NCBI GenBank assembly: GCA_020847355.1
Contig: JADLCG010000055.1
Location: 1-35,857, forward strand
Length of the DNA stretch: 35,857 nt
From: Anaerolineales bacterium
GTDB taxonomy: Bacteria; Chloroflexota; Anaerolineae; Anaerolineales; Villigracilaceae
Reading direction: 5' to 3'
Part shown: piece by piece, positions 9,123-17,380 of the stretch
How positions within the stretch are numbered: position 1 is the stretch's first letter
How the letters are laid out: each line of letters opens with the position of its first letter
Program-made: the position numbers and the translations under genes
Notes under the pieces: generated by a model
Database searches by the model: none
Told to the model about the DNA's origin: nothing
The model's input: the letters and a program-made list of their open reading frames with translations, nothing else

Positions 9123-10085
9123 CTATTTTTTTGAATCCGCTAGAAAATCGCCGCCCGGCGCGGGGGTAGCATGAATGACTTCCTGCACGATGCGGCTGGA
9201 ACTTAAATCACGCAGGCGCGCCGCCGAACTAACGATAATCCGATGCGCCAAAACAGAAACTGCCAACGCCTGAACATCATCCGGCAAGACGTGATCGCGC
9301 CCAAGCAATGCGGCTTTGGCTTGACTGGCGCGCGCCAGCGCCAGCGAGCCGCGCGGACTCGCGCCCAAATATACGTCTGAGCTTTGGCGGGTGCGCGTGG
9401 TCAAATCTACGATGTAGCGCTTGATCGCGTCAGAGACGAAAACGCGCTTGACTTCTTCAACGGCTTGTAAAATCTCGTCAACCGTCACCACAGGTTTTAG
9501 AGTCGCTAAAGGATGTTCAATTTGTTGTTGTCCCAAAATACGAATTTCATCCGCCGCCGCCGGATAACCTAGCCGCAACCTTAAGAGGAAACGATCTAAT
9601 TGGGCTTCGGGCAAAGGGAATGTGCCTTCATACTCAATTGGGTTTTGCGTAGCTAGAACCATAAAAGGACGCGGCAAAGGGCGCGTCTCGCCATCTACGG
9701 TCACTTGGCGCTCTTCCATCGCTTCAAGCAGAGCCGCTTGCGTCTTTGGCGTAGCGCGGTTAATTTCATCCGCCAGAATAATTTGCCCAACTATGGGTCC
9801 GGGGCGGAATTCAAAGGCGTTGTTTTGTTGGTTATAGATGGAAACGCCAGTCACATCGCTGGGGAGCATATCCGGCGTAAACTGGATGCGGTTAAACGTA
9901 CAATCTAAGGAACGCGCAAGGCTTCGCGCTAAAATCGTCTTCCCCACTCCGGGCACATCTTCAATTAACACATGCCCCTGGCATAGCAATCCAATGACAA
10001 TCAATTCAACGGATTGTTTTTTACCGACAATTACTTTTTCAAGATTCTCGACAACTTTCTCGCTAAACGCTTGCACATTTGCCAT
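9123..10085 (-). CDS. moxR: MoxR family AAA+ ATPase
   Basis: Walker A 'EDVPGVGKT', '[12 protein letters not shown]', Walker B 'ILADEINRA' and '[22 protein letters not shown]'. Confidence 0.95.
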   Translation of the reverse strand: MANVQAFSEKVVENLEKVIVGKKQSVELIVIGLLCQGHVLIEDVPGVGKTILARSLARSLDCTFNRIQFTPDMLPSDVTGVSIYNQQNNAFEFRPGPIVGQIILADEINRATPKTQAALLEAMEERQVTVDGETRPLPRPFMVLATQNPIEYEGTFPLPEAQLDRFLLRLRLGYPAAADEIRILGQQQIEHPLATLKPVVTVDEILQAVEEVKRVFVSDAIKRYIVDLTTRTRQSSDVYLGASPRGSLALARASQAKAALLGRDHVLPDDVQALAVSVLAHRIIVSSAARLRDLSSSRIVQEVIHATPAPGGDFLADSKK

Positions 10086-10167
10086 AAGATGTCCTCGATC
10101 AAGCTCGCTAGATTTTAGAGGGGTGAAAAAAATATTTTTGATTACCAGCGCCGATTAAATAAAAAGG

Positions 10168-10240
10168 CGCCCCAGGCAGGAGTCGAACCCACAACCTACT
10201 GATCCGAAGTCAGGCGCTCTATCCATTGAGCTACTGGGGC
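10168..10240 (-). tRNA. tRNA-Arg(UCG)
   Basis: Minus strand folds as a cloverleaf: GCCCCAG TA GCTC AATGGATA GAGC G CCTGA CT-TCG-GA TCAGT AGGTT GTGGG TTCGACT CCTGC CTGGGGC G. The Arg identity element A20 is present. CCA is not fully encoded (CC then T). Confidence 0.95.
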
Positions 10241-10296
10241 GAGGGGCATAGGTTATTCTATTCCGGTTATTTCGTCAAGGTGAAGTCAAATAAATA

Positions 10297-10334
10297 ATTT
10301 TGGAAGACGTAAAAGAGTTAACGTCTTCCAAAAT
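10297..10334 (-). terminator. Intrinsic terminator after the bcsB-like gene
   Basis: Perfect 14-bp inverted repeat ATTTTGGAAGACGT...ACGTCTTCCAAAAT with AT-rich flanks. Confidence 0.75.
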
Positions 10335-10350
10335 AGCGAGTTCTTATTTT

Positions 10351-12660
10351 CTATTCCGACTTTTCTTCGTCTGCGTTATCGTCTTCCTCGCTCCGCGAGA
10401 GGTCAACAGTTGCGGCGCGCTTTTGCGCTAGCGCCCCTCTGACGACAAAGGCAATGATCGCCAAAATAATTACGCCGGAAGCAATGAGAAGCGGCATGAG
10501 CCAATCTGGCGGAGCGGTATTCAAAGCCGGGTTCGTTCCAGCCGGAAGCGGCGTAGTGACCACCGCCTCAGCGTCTGGCACAACATCGCCAACTGTGGAA
10601 AAGATTGCCTGATCGTCGCCTACGGCAACCTGCTTACCGTTCGTAATTGCAAACACGCCGGAGACCTGCGCGTTTATTTCGCTGACGAGTAAAGCGTCGC
10701 CAGAAAGCGCCAATCCATTCGCATCATTTCCGGAGAGGAGCAAGATCGTCTTGTCAATATTGAACGGCGAATGGAACAATTCAAGGTAGCCAACGCTGAC
10801 GCCCTGAGGGATGCGATACACAATTTGCAGTTGACGCTCGCTGGCGGTATCTGTAGCAAAATCAAAAGGCGCCGGCAGATTTTCGTTAATCTCATTCAGG
10901 ATGGGAAGCGTGCTCGCCTTGCCGATCATAATCATGGAATATTTCTCGCGGATTTCCGGCGAAACGTCATCGGCGAAAACCGTCCGCATTCCAGAAATGA
11001 TTGGGTTGGCAACTCTACCCAGTTCGTAAGCTAATTTACCGGCGATGCCCCAACCCGTTGTATCGGTCTTTGAAAGCACAAAAGCCAAATCGCCAAGGTC
11101 GCTTTGCGTTACGAAAAGTCCCGGGTAATTTTTCAAATCCATTGCGGAGTATTGAAATGCGCCAAGCGCATTCGCTTCGGGCAAATGCAGATTCGATTGA
11201 TCTGAGATGATCACCCATGGGTCGGAAAGTCCGGATTCGTCGCAAGAGGTGTCGGCGGAAAGTTGCCCGCTAATCGTCAGGCGATTTTCTCCATAGCGCA
11301 AAATGCCAAAAGGAATTTTGATGCGCACCGCTGTTAATTCTTCAGAGGCTTTATCCAAAGCTGTGCTATTGATCACCTGCCCATTCAATTCAATATTCAA
11401 GGAAGACAGCCCGTTATCTACCAGCGCAGAATGGTAATAGAGCAATTCAAAATAGCCGTCTCTAGTGAAAAGCTGTTGCTTAGAGACCATAAACGTGTAA
11501 TCTGCGGTTGAACGCCCGATGCCGCTAAGAGTCTCGGTCAGGTAGCCCAAGCTTTGGAAGGTGAAATTTTCAACGAAAGGAATGCTATCCATCAACGGCT
11601 GAACGTCTTTGACGTACGCGAGCGTCGGGTCTTGATAGATGAAAATTTTTCCAGAGCTAACCGCTTGAGAAGCCTTTTGAACCGCCGCCTCATCTTTTCC
11701 GCTCACTAACAGGATAGACTTTGCAGTATTCCACGGCGAAATTGCCAATTGAATCACGCCGTCTGTTGCAGAAGCCGGCGGAAGGTTCGGGAAATTGCCA
11801 GCCTCAACTTTTAGCGGTAGAGTGACGACATTCGACAAGAGCGGCAGTTTCTCTAGCGCGCCGACAAAAATAAAATTGCTCGTCGCCAGATCGTCATTCG
11901 TGACTCTGCTGGAGTTGATCAGCGAAAAATCAGCGGTACTGCCGACCATAGAACCAAAGCCAGCCATAATATTCAAGGCGGCTTGAAGTTCGCCGGCAGT
12001 TGGAGCGTCTGGCGTAACCACGAGAGTCCGTTCTGGCACAAGCGCGTTGGCTTGATAAAACGGCGCAGGCAAGCGCGATAAGTTCAAATCTGGCGGCGTG
12101 ACGCCATAAACCAAATTGAGGATCGAGGTGTCTTTGATGGTCACAACGGCGCGCACGTCATATTGACAGCTGAATTGAGCGTCTAAAGCGATTTTCAAAA
12201 CGTGGCGTCCGTCGCTGGTACTCGGCGTCAGCGCTTCGGGCGGGATTTGAAAACGAGCGGAATTGCTCCCAGTACTGCCCAGCGGGATTGTGCCAATAAT
12301 TTGATTATTAAAAGACACAACCAGCGAGCCGCCATAGGGGTTGCCCGCGCTAGCCAATTGCGCCAAGCCAGAACCAGTTAATAAAACGTCATAATCAATT
12401 TGAACATCGCCGCCAGCGGCTAATTTCCAGTTTGGGGGAATGCTAAAGAGTAAATGCGTCACGTCAAACGGGCTGTTTAATTCCGCTGGACGGAAACCTA
12501 ATTGCGCGAAGTTAAGCGAAACATTGTCGCTTGCGCCAACCTGCGTTGGCGCATTAATCTCCGCATAAAAGGTATCGCTCTTTGGCGCTTTCGCCGAAAC
12601 CTGAACAAAGTTACTCAAAATCAGAATCGGCAGAAAAATAAATGCGAGTATTTTTTTCAC
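10351..12660 (-). CDS. BcsB-like (cellulose synthase co-polymerase-like) extracytoplasmic protein with C-terminal membrane anchor
   Basis: Signal peptide from GTG 12660 (RBS GAGGTG). Two repeated units ('LNFAQLGF...FSIPPNW' and 'FTFQSLGY...'), each with a conserved Cys and followed by 'LSRLPAPF' or 'LKNYPGLF' and an 'SPWN/SPFN..K.ILL.SG.D' segment. C-terminal TM helix. This is the BcsB two-repeat architecture. Confidence 0.75.
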   Translation of the reverse strand: MKKILAFIFLPILILSNFVQVSAKAPKSDTFYAEINAPTQVGASDNVSLNFAQLGFRPAELNSPFDVTHLLFSIPPNWKLAAGGDVQIDYDVLLTGSGLAQLASAGNPYGGSLVVSFNNQIIGTIPLGSTGSNSARFQIPPEALTPSTSDGRHVLKIALDAQFSCQYDVRAVVTIKDTSILNLVYGVTPPDLNLSRLPAPFYQANALVPERTLVVTPDAPTAGELQAALNIMAGFGSMVGSTADFSLINSSRVTNDDLATSNFIFVGALEKLPLLSNVVTLPLKVEAGNFPNLPPASATDGVIQLAISPWNTAKSILLVSGKDEAAVQKASQAVSSGKIFIYQDPTLAYVKDVQPLMDSIPFVENFTFQSLGYLTETLSGIGRSTADYTFMVSKQQLFTRDGYFELLYYHSALVDNGLSSLNIELNGQVINSTALDKASEELTAVRIKIPFGILRYGENRLTISGQLSADTSCDESGLSDPWVIISDQSNLHLPEANALGAFQYSAMDLKNYPGLFVTQSDLGDLAFVLSKTDTTGWGIAGKLAYELGRVANPIISGMRTVFADDVSPEIREKYSMIMIGKASTLPILNEINENLPAPFDFATDTASERQLQIVYRIPQGVSVGYLELFHSPFNIDKTILLLSGNDANGLALSGDALLVSEINAQVSGVFAITNGKQVAVGDDQAIFSTVGDVVPDAEAVVTTPLPAGTNPALNTAPPDWLMPLLIASGVIILAIIAFVVRGALAQKRAATVDLSRSEEDDNADEEKSE

Positions 12661-12718
12661 GTTAAACACCTCAAATTCCTGAGTTATATCGAGAATCACT
12701 TAATAATAAAAAGTCTAA

Positions 12719-13831
12719 TTACCCAAAAGGTCGAACTTTATATAGGTTGATCTTAACGTCGGATTGCATCGAAATTTCCAGAGCCTGCTCAGCCTGATTG
12801 ACCAAAACCTGAAAGGACTCGCCGCCTTGATGATCGGCAAAGCCAATACGCGGATCGAGTTCAATATCAAATTCTCCGTCCGTATCCAAGGAAAAGCGCT
12901 GGGCTAAGATTTCTTGAATCCGCGACATTCTTTGCATAGCGGAATGTCCGTCCGTGGTGGGCAGAAGGACGCTAAACTTAAGTTGAGACCAGCGCCCTAC
13001 AATATCATTGCCGCGCAATTGATACTTCAGCGTGCTGGTCACTTTCTGCATGATCATATTCTTATACGCTTGCGGCAAAGAATCGTAAAATTCCTGAATG
13101 CCATTCAGATAAATGATGCCAATTGTGCGCACGTCATTCGGCTGATTGGCAATTTCTTGACGCACCAATCTTTCAAAATATGTTTTGGTATAAGCCAACG
13201 ATTCCGAATCGATCATCTTTCTTTGACCTAAGCTACCCAGCGAGCTAGATAATTGATCGCGGAAGATGGCGATGCCAACGCCAAGCCCCAAGCCGACGAT
13301 CAAAGCCAAACCGGCATTTTGCAACGGCTGAGGTTGGTACGGCTCTTCTGGCACAACGGCTTTATCCAGAAAGTCAATATCATAGATAACGTATAGCTTA
13401 CGCACAAAATCAATCGCATATTGACCAATGCCATTTGCCAACATCGCCGCCACTTCCGGGTCTGGACCTTTAACGCTAAATCGAATAATGTTCGCGTCCG
13501 GCAAAACGGTTACAGAGGTATCGTAAGCGCTAAACTTTTTCGGGTCCGCCGCAAGCAGTTGAATCGTACCGTTAATTACGTCGCGGCTGTTCAAAATTTC
13601 AGCGTAGGTCGAGATGATCGAACGCTTATCCAAAGCCTCAAGGCTATTGATTAGATCGCGGCTCTCGGTACTTTGTACGTTCGGGCTAACAATAAAACGC
13701 GCAACCGCCTCATACATAGGAGTTACAAAATAGTACGAATTGATCAAAGAGAGATTCAGCGCCAGCAAAGCTGAAATTGCGATAATCCACCAGCTACGCT
13801 GAAGAATACGAAAATAAAAACGAAGTTCCAT
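12719..13831 (-). CDS. Wzz/CpsC-type polysaccharide co-polymerase fused to a C-terminal degenerate GGDEF domain with RxxD I-site
   Basis: N-terminal 'RILQRSWWII..TM..TPMYEA' and the Pro-rich pre-TM2 motif 'DKAVVPEEPYQP..N..LALIVGLGLGVG' mark a PCP. A GGDEF-like region follows: 'IDSESLAYTKTYF', 'RGND-IVGRW-SQLKF-SVLLP', 'RIGFA', 'LVNQAEQAL'. Confidence 0.85.
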   Translation of the reverse strand: MELRFYFRILQRSWWIIAISALLALNLSLINSYYFVTPMYEAVARFIVSPNVQSTESRDLINSLEALDKRSIISTYAEILNSRDVINGTIQLLAADPKKFSAYDTSVTVLPDANIIRFSVKGPDPEVAAMLANGIGQYAIDFVRKLYVIYDIDFLDKAVVPEEPYQPQPLQNAGLALIVGLGLGVGIAIFRDQLSSSLGSLGQRKMIDSESLAYTKTYFERLVRQEIANQPNDVRTIGIIYLNGIQEFYDSLPQAYKNMIMQKVTSTLKYQLRGNDIVGRWSQLKFSVLLPTTDGHSAMQRMSRIQEILAQRFSLDTDGEFDIELDPRIGFADHQGGESFQVLVNQAEQALEISMQSDVKINLYKVRPFG

Positions 13832-13850
13832 AAAAGCTCCTAAGCCGAGA

Positions 13851-13896
13851 ATTATAGTGTTAGAATTTAGGGGTTAATCGAAATGATTATATCATT
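13851..13896. promoter_or_regulatory. Divergent promoter region: minus-strand TATAAT boxes (13851-13856, 13886-13891) and palindrome AATGAT-TAT-ATCATT (13882-13896)
   Basis: AT-rich 110-bp gap between the divergent wzz-GGDEF and GT2 genes. Confidence 0.45.
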
Positions 13897-13941
13897 CTCA
13901 AAAGACTATATATTTTAGTTACAGTACTAAAGGGCTACCGA

Positions 13942-15144
13942 ATGGAAACTGTCTCGCTTATTGTTGCGCTCTTGTTTTGGGGGTCTAGCGGCATTATTCT
14001 TTATGTATATCTTGGCTATCCAATCTTCATCGCGCTTCTTGCCAAGCTTCGCCCGCAAGCCGAAGCTTTTCCCGCATATTTACCAACAGTGACGTTATTG
14101 ATCGCCGCCTACAACGAAGAAACGGTAGTTGAATCCAAAATCAAGAATTCGCTCGCTATTGATTATCCACGCGAAAAATTTCAGATTCTCTTCGTCTCTG
14201 ACGGGTCTTCAGATGCCACGCCGCAGATCATTAAACGCTTTGAGAATCAAGGCGTTGAATTGTTGCATGAAGCGCAACGCAACGGGAAAATGGCGGCAAT
14301 TAACCGCGCCATGCCCAGCGTGCGCGGGGAAATCATCGTTTTCTCAGACGCCAATAATTATTATCAGCCGGATACAATCAAAAAGTTGGCGGCGCCTTTT
14401 CAAGATCCAAAAATCGGAGCGGTCAGCGGCGCAAAACTTATCGCGGATGGAGACGGCAGTCTCGGCGCATCCGAAGGCTTGTACTGGAAGTATGAGTCTT
14501 ACATCAAAAAGCAAGAAAGCCGTTTGGGTAGTTGCACCAGCGTGGCTGGGGAAATTTTCGCGCTGAGGAAAACGGCATATCTCAAACCGCCGGATAATAT
14601 TATCAACGATGATTTCTATCTGGGGATGCAAGTCATCCGCCAAGGATTGCGTTTGGTATATATTCCCGAAGCAAAATCCATAGAAAGAGTTTCGTTAACC
14701 GCGCAAGATGAAATTAAGCGCCGAATGCGGATCAACGCCGGGCGCTATCAGATTATCGCTAATGCCGAAAAAATCCTGCCTAAAAATCAACCGCTTTTAA
14801 TTTGGCAAATTATCTCGCATAAATTCCTGCGCCCCTTAGTCCCGTTTGGGATGATCTTAGCTTTGCTGGCGAATATCCTTGCGGTCGTTATTCCGTCTAC
14901 TAAAAACAATTTCTTTCTATTATCTAACCCCTTTGGCGAAATCATTTTAGGCTTACAAATTCTTTTTTATGGCTTAGCCTTTATTGGAACAGCCTTTCCT
15001 AAACTTGGCGAAAAATCTAAGATTATCAGGTTGCTCTATTTACCCGCCTTCCTGACAAACAGCAACCTAGCCGCGCTGAGGGGCTTCTTCCAATATCTAC
15101 GCGGACAACAATCCCATTTATGGGAACGCATTGAAAGGCGCTAA
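13942..15144 (+). CDS. GT2 glycosyltransferase, CESA-like (membrane-bound)
   Basis: N-terminal TM, 'IAAYNEE', 'SDGSSD', 'GKMAAIN', 'FSDAN', 'EGLYWKYE', 'NDDF', 'RRMRINAG' in place of QxxRW, 'SHKFLR' and C-terminal TMs. Confidence 0.92.
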   Translation: METVSLIVALLFWGSSGIILYVYLGYPIFIALLAKLRPQAEAFPAYLPTVTLLIAAYNEETVVESKIKNSLAIDYPREKFQILFVSDGSSDATPQIIKRFENQGVELLHEAQRNGKMAAINRAMPSVRGEIIVFSDANNYYQPDTIKKLAAPFQDPKIGAVSGAKLIADGDGSLGASEGLYWKYESYIKKQESRLGSCTSVAGEIFALRKTAYLKPPDNIINDDFYLGMQVIRQGLRLVYIPEAKSIERVSLTAQDEIKRRMRINAGRYQIIANAEKILPKNQPLLIWQIISHKFLRPLVPFGMILALLANILAVVIPSTKNNFFLLSNPFGEIILGLQILFYGLAFIGTAFPKLGEKSKIIRLLYLPAFLTNSNLAALRGFFQYLRGQQSHLWERIERR

Positions 15145-15165
15145 AATTCCAGCCGACCTTTTCTC

Positions 15166-16317
15166 ATGGTATCCGATTTTGACGCTTTTCCAAAAGTATT
15201 ACTGGTTGATTTATCCCTGAAATATGGCGGGTCTACTTCGCGCGCGCTTTCTTTAATCCAAAATTCCCCGCGTGGCAAGATAGCGCTGGCTGGGCTAAAA
15301 AACGGAGCAATTACGCAAGAAGCGCTCAAACTCAATTTGCCGGTTCACATCGTGGGCAAGAACAAGCTAGATCCGCGCATTCTATTCAATCTAATCAAAC
15401 TCATTCGTCAAAATGGCTACCAAGCCCTCGATACGCAAAACATTCAATCGAAATTTTGGGGCAGTCTCGCCGCCTGCTTGACCAAGACGAGTCTGATCTC
15501 GACGATCAATAGTTGGTACGCAAACGAACATGGGCAAGCCTCCACCAAAGGCAAAATTTACACTGCGCTCGAGCTTTTGACCAATTTGAATTTGGATTTA
15601 TACATTACCGTATCCGAAAAAGATCGCAAAGCTTTGCTAAATGCCAAGATTGACGAAAAGCGCATTCGCCTGATTTATAATGCCGTAGATATCACGCCCG
15701 CCGCCATCTTCGGGGAGGCTGGGTGGCTAAAAGAAAAATTCAGCCTACCGACAGATTCAATAGTTTGCACAGCCGTAGGTCGGCTTGTTCCAGTTAAGGG
15801 GTATGATATCTTGATCGAAGCCATGCGGCAGGTTGCGCCAAAAATCCCTAATCTAGTTTGTTTATTGGTTGGGGCTGGCGAATGTCAGGAAGCGCTAGCA
15901 ACGCAAATCAAAGAAGCTAAACTCGAAACGCGCGTCTATTTAGCGGGTTATCAAGATCGAAACACGGCGCTCGCGATTCTGAAAGCTAGTTCTATCTTCG
16001 CCATGCCTTCCAGATATGAAGGCACGCCCATCGCGCTATTGGAAGCGGCGGCGCTCGGACTGCCCATCCTCGCCTCTGCCAGCGGCGGCATACCGGAACT
16101 GGTTACAGACGGCGAACACGCGCTACTGATTCCGCCCAACGACCCAGCCGCGCTCGCGGATGGTTTGCTCAAACTCTGCACAGACGCTCAATTTGCAAAG
16201 GCGCTTGGAAAAAACGCGCAAGCCCGCATACGCTCTCAATTCAACCTCAAAGCGCAAGTCGAAGCGACTTGGAACGCTTACCAAACTGCTTATCAGTATC
16301 ATTATCATATAGATTAA
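15166..16317 (+). CDS. GT4 glycosyltransferase
   Basis: 'VGRLVPVKGYD' and 'PSRYEGTPIALLEAAALGLP...GGIPELV' (EX7E). Confidence 0.93.
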   Translation: MVSDFDAFPKVLLVDLSLKYGGSTSRALSLIQNSPRGKIALAGLKNGAITQEALKLNLPVHIVGKNKLDPRILFNLIKLIRQNGYQALDTQNIQSKFWGSLAACLTKTSLISTINSWYANEHGQASTKGKIYTALELLTNLNLDLYITVSEKDRKALLNAKIDEKRIRLIYNAVDITPAAIFGEAGWLKEKFSLPTDSIVCTAVGRLVPVKGYDILIEAMRQVAPKIPNLVCLLVGAGECQEALATQIKEAKLETRVYLAGYQDRNTALAILKASSIFAMPSRYEGTPIALLEAAALGLPILASASGGIPELVTDGEHALLIPPNDPAALADGLLKLCTDAQFAKALGKNAQARIRSQFNLKAQVEATWNAYQTAYQYHYHID

Positions 16318-16331
16318 GGAAAAGAACATTT

Positions 16332-17369
16332 ATGGGAAGCGTAAAACTTTCGCAAAACTCGCCCCTAAAGCGCTTTATCAATTTTGCCTATCGTAAAGGC
16401 TGGTTCAATGTTGGCAGAGCGCTGTTTGCTAAATCCCTGACTGTGATCAACTATCATCGCATTAACGATCCGCATCAAGCTGGGTTTGATTCATTTTTAC
16501 CGAACGTCAGCGCGCACCCAAAAGATTTTGACTTGCAAATGGAATATCTGGCGCGTTGGTTTAATGTCGTCTCGCTCACAGACGTAACGAATTGGCTCCG
16601 CAACGGAAAAGACTTGCCGCCTTACGCCGCGCTCATCACGTTTGACGACGGCTATCTTGATAATTACACCGAGGCGTATCCCATTCTGCGCCGCCATAAC
16701 TTCCCTGCCGTAATTTTTCTAACGCATGGGCACATCGGCACAGACGCGCCATTTTATTGGGATCTGGCGGCTTATTGTTTTTATCACACGCAGACAGATG
16801 CAGTTCTCTTCCCTGATAACACAAATGAAAAATGGGCAAACGAAGCTCAAAGAAAGCTGATCAGCCAACGGTGGATTGAGGCGCTGAAAATCCTCCCGCA
16901 TACCGAAAAACTAAAATGGGTCGAAAAACTTCCAGAGCGGCTCAATGTATCCATCCCTCAAGGTTATTTCCAAAAATTGATGTTGAACTGGGATCAAGTG
17001 CGCGAGATGAGTCAAAATGGTATTGAGTTTGGCGGGCATACCTTGACGCACCCGATTCTGACGCGCGTTTCGCCGGAACAAGCCGAGAAAGAGATTCACG
17101 GCTCGAAGCTTGCAATTGAACGAGAGCTAGGGCAAGAAATTTCAGGCTTTGCTTATCCAAACGGCAGGCAAGCCGACGTGAATGCCGAGGTTGAGAAGCT
17201 CACGCAAAACGCCGGTTATCAAGCCGCCTTCACTTTGCAAAACGGACCGACTACGCTTCAAGAAGTAAGGCGGAATCCGTTTGCGATTCGCCGTATTTTT
17301 ATATCGCACCTGCATACGTTGCCGCGTTATGCTTTACTCACACACAGAATAAATCGTTATCGTAAGTGA
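16332..17369 (+). CDS. Polysaccharide deacetylase (CE4/NodB-like, with internal insertion)
   Basis: 'INYHRI', 'ITFDDGYLD', 'FGGHTLTHP' and 'FAYPNG'. Start placed at ATG 16332 after TAAGGA. Confidence 0.92.
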   Translation: MGSVKLSQNSPLKRFINFAYRKGWFNVGRALFAKSLTVINYHRINDPHQAGFDSFLPNVSAHPKDFDLQMEYLARWFNVVSLTDVTNWLRNGKDLPPYAALITFDDGYLDNYTEAYPILRRHNFPAVIFLTHGHIGTDAPFYWDLAAYCFYHTQTDAVLFPDNTNEKWANEAQRKLISQRWIEALKILPHTEKLKWVEKLPERLNVSIPQGYFQKLMLNWDQVREMSQNGIEFGGHTLTHPILTRVSPEQAEKEIHGSKLAIERELGQEISGFAYPNGRQADVNAEVEKLTQNAGYQAAFTLQNGPTTLQEVRRNPFAIRRIFISHLHTLPRYALLTHRINRYRK

Positions 17370-17380
17370 ACTCTAATGCC

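Noticed and set aside
10520-10560. Sortase motif (LPAGT) before the BcsB-like TM helix
   Set aside because: The motif is not LPxTG, and a C-terminal TM anchor is normal for BcsB.
13942-15144. Calling the GT2 a BcsA or PgaC synthase
   Set aside because: It lacks QxxRW (RRMRI instead) and a PilZ domain, and has too few TM helices for BcsA. No pgaD/icaD-like gene is adjacent.
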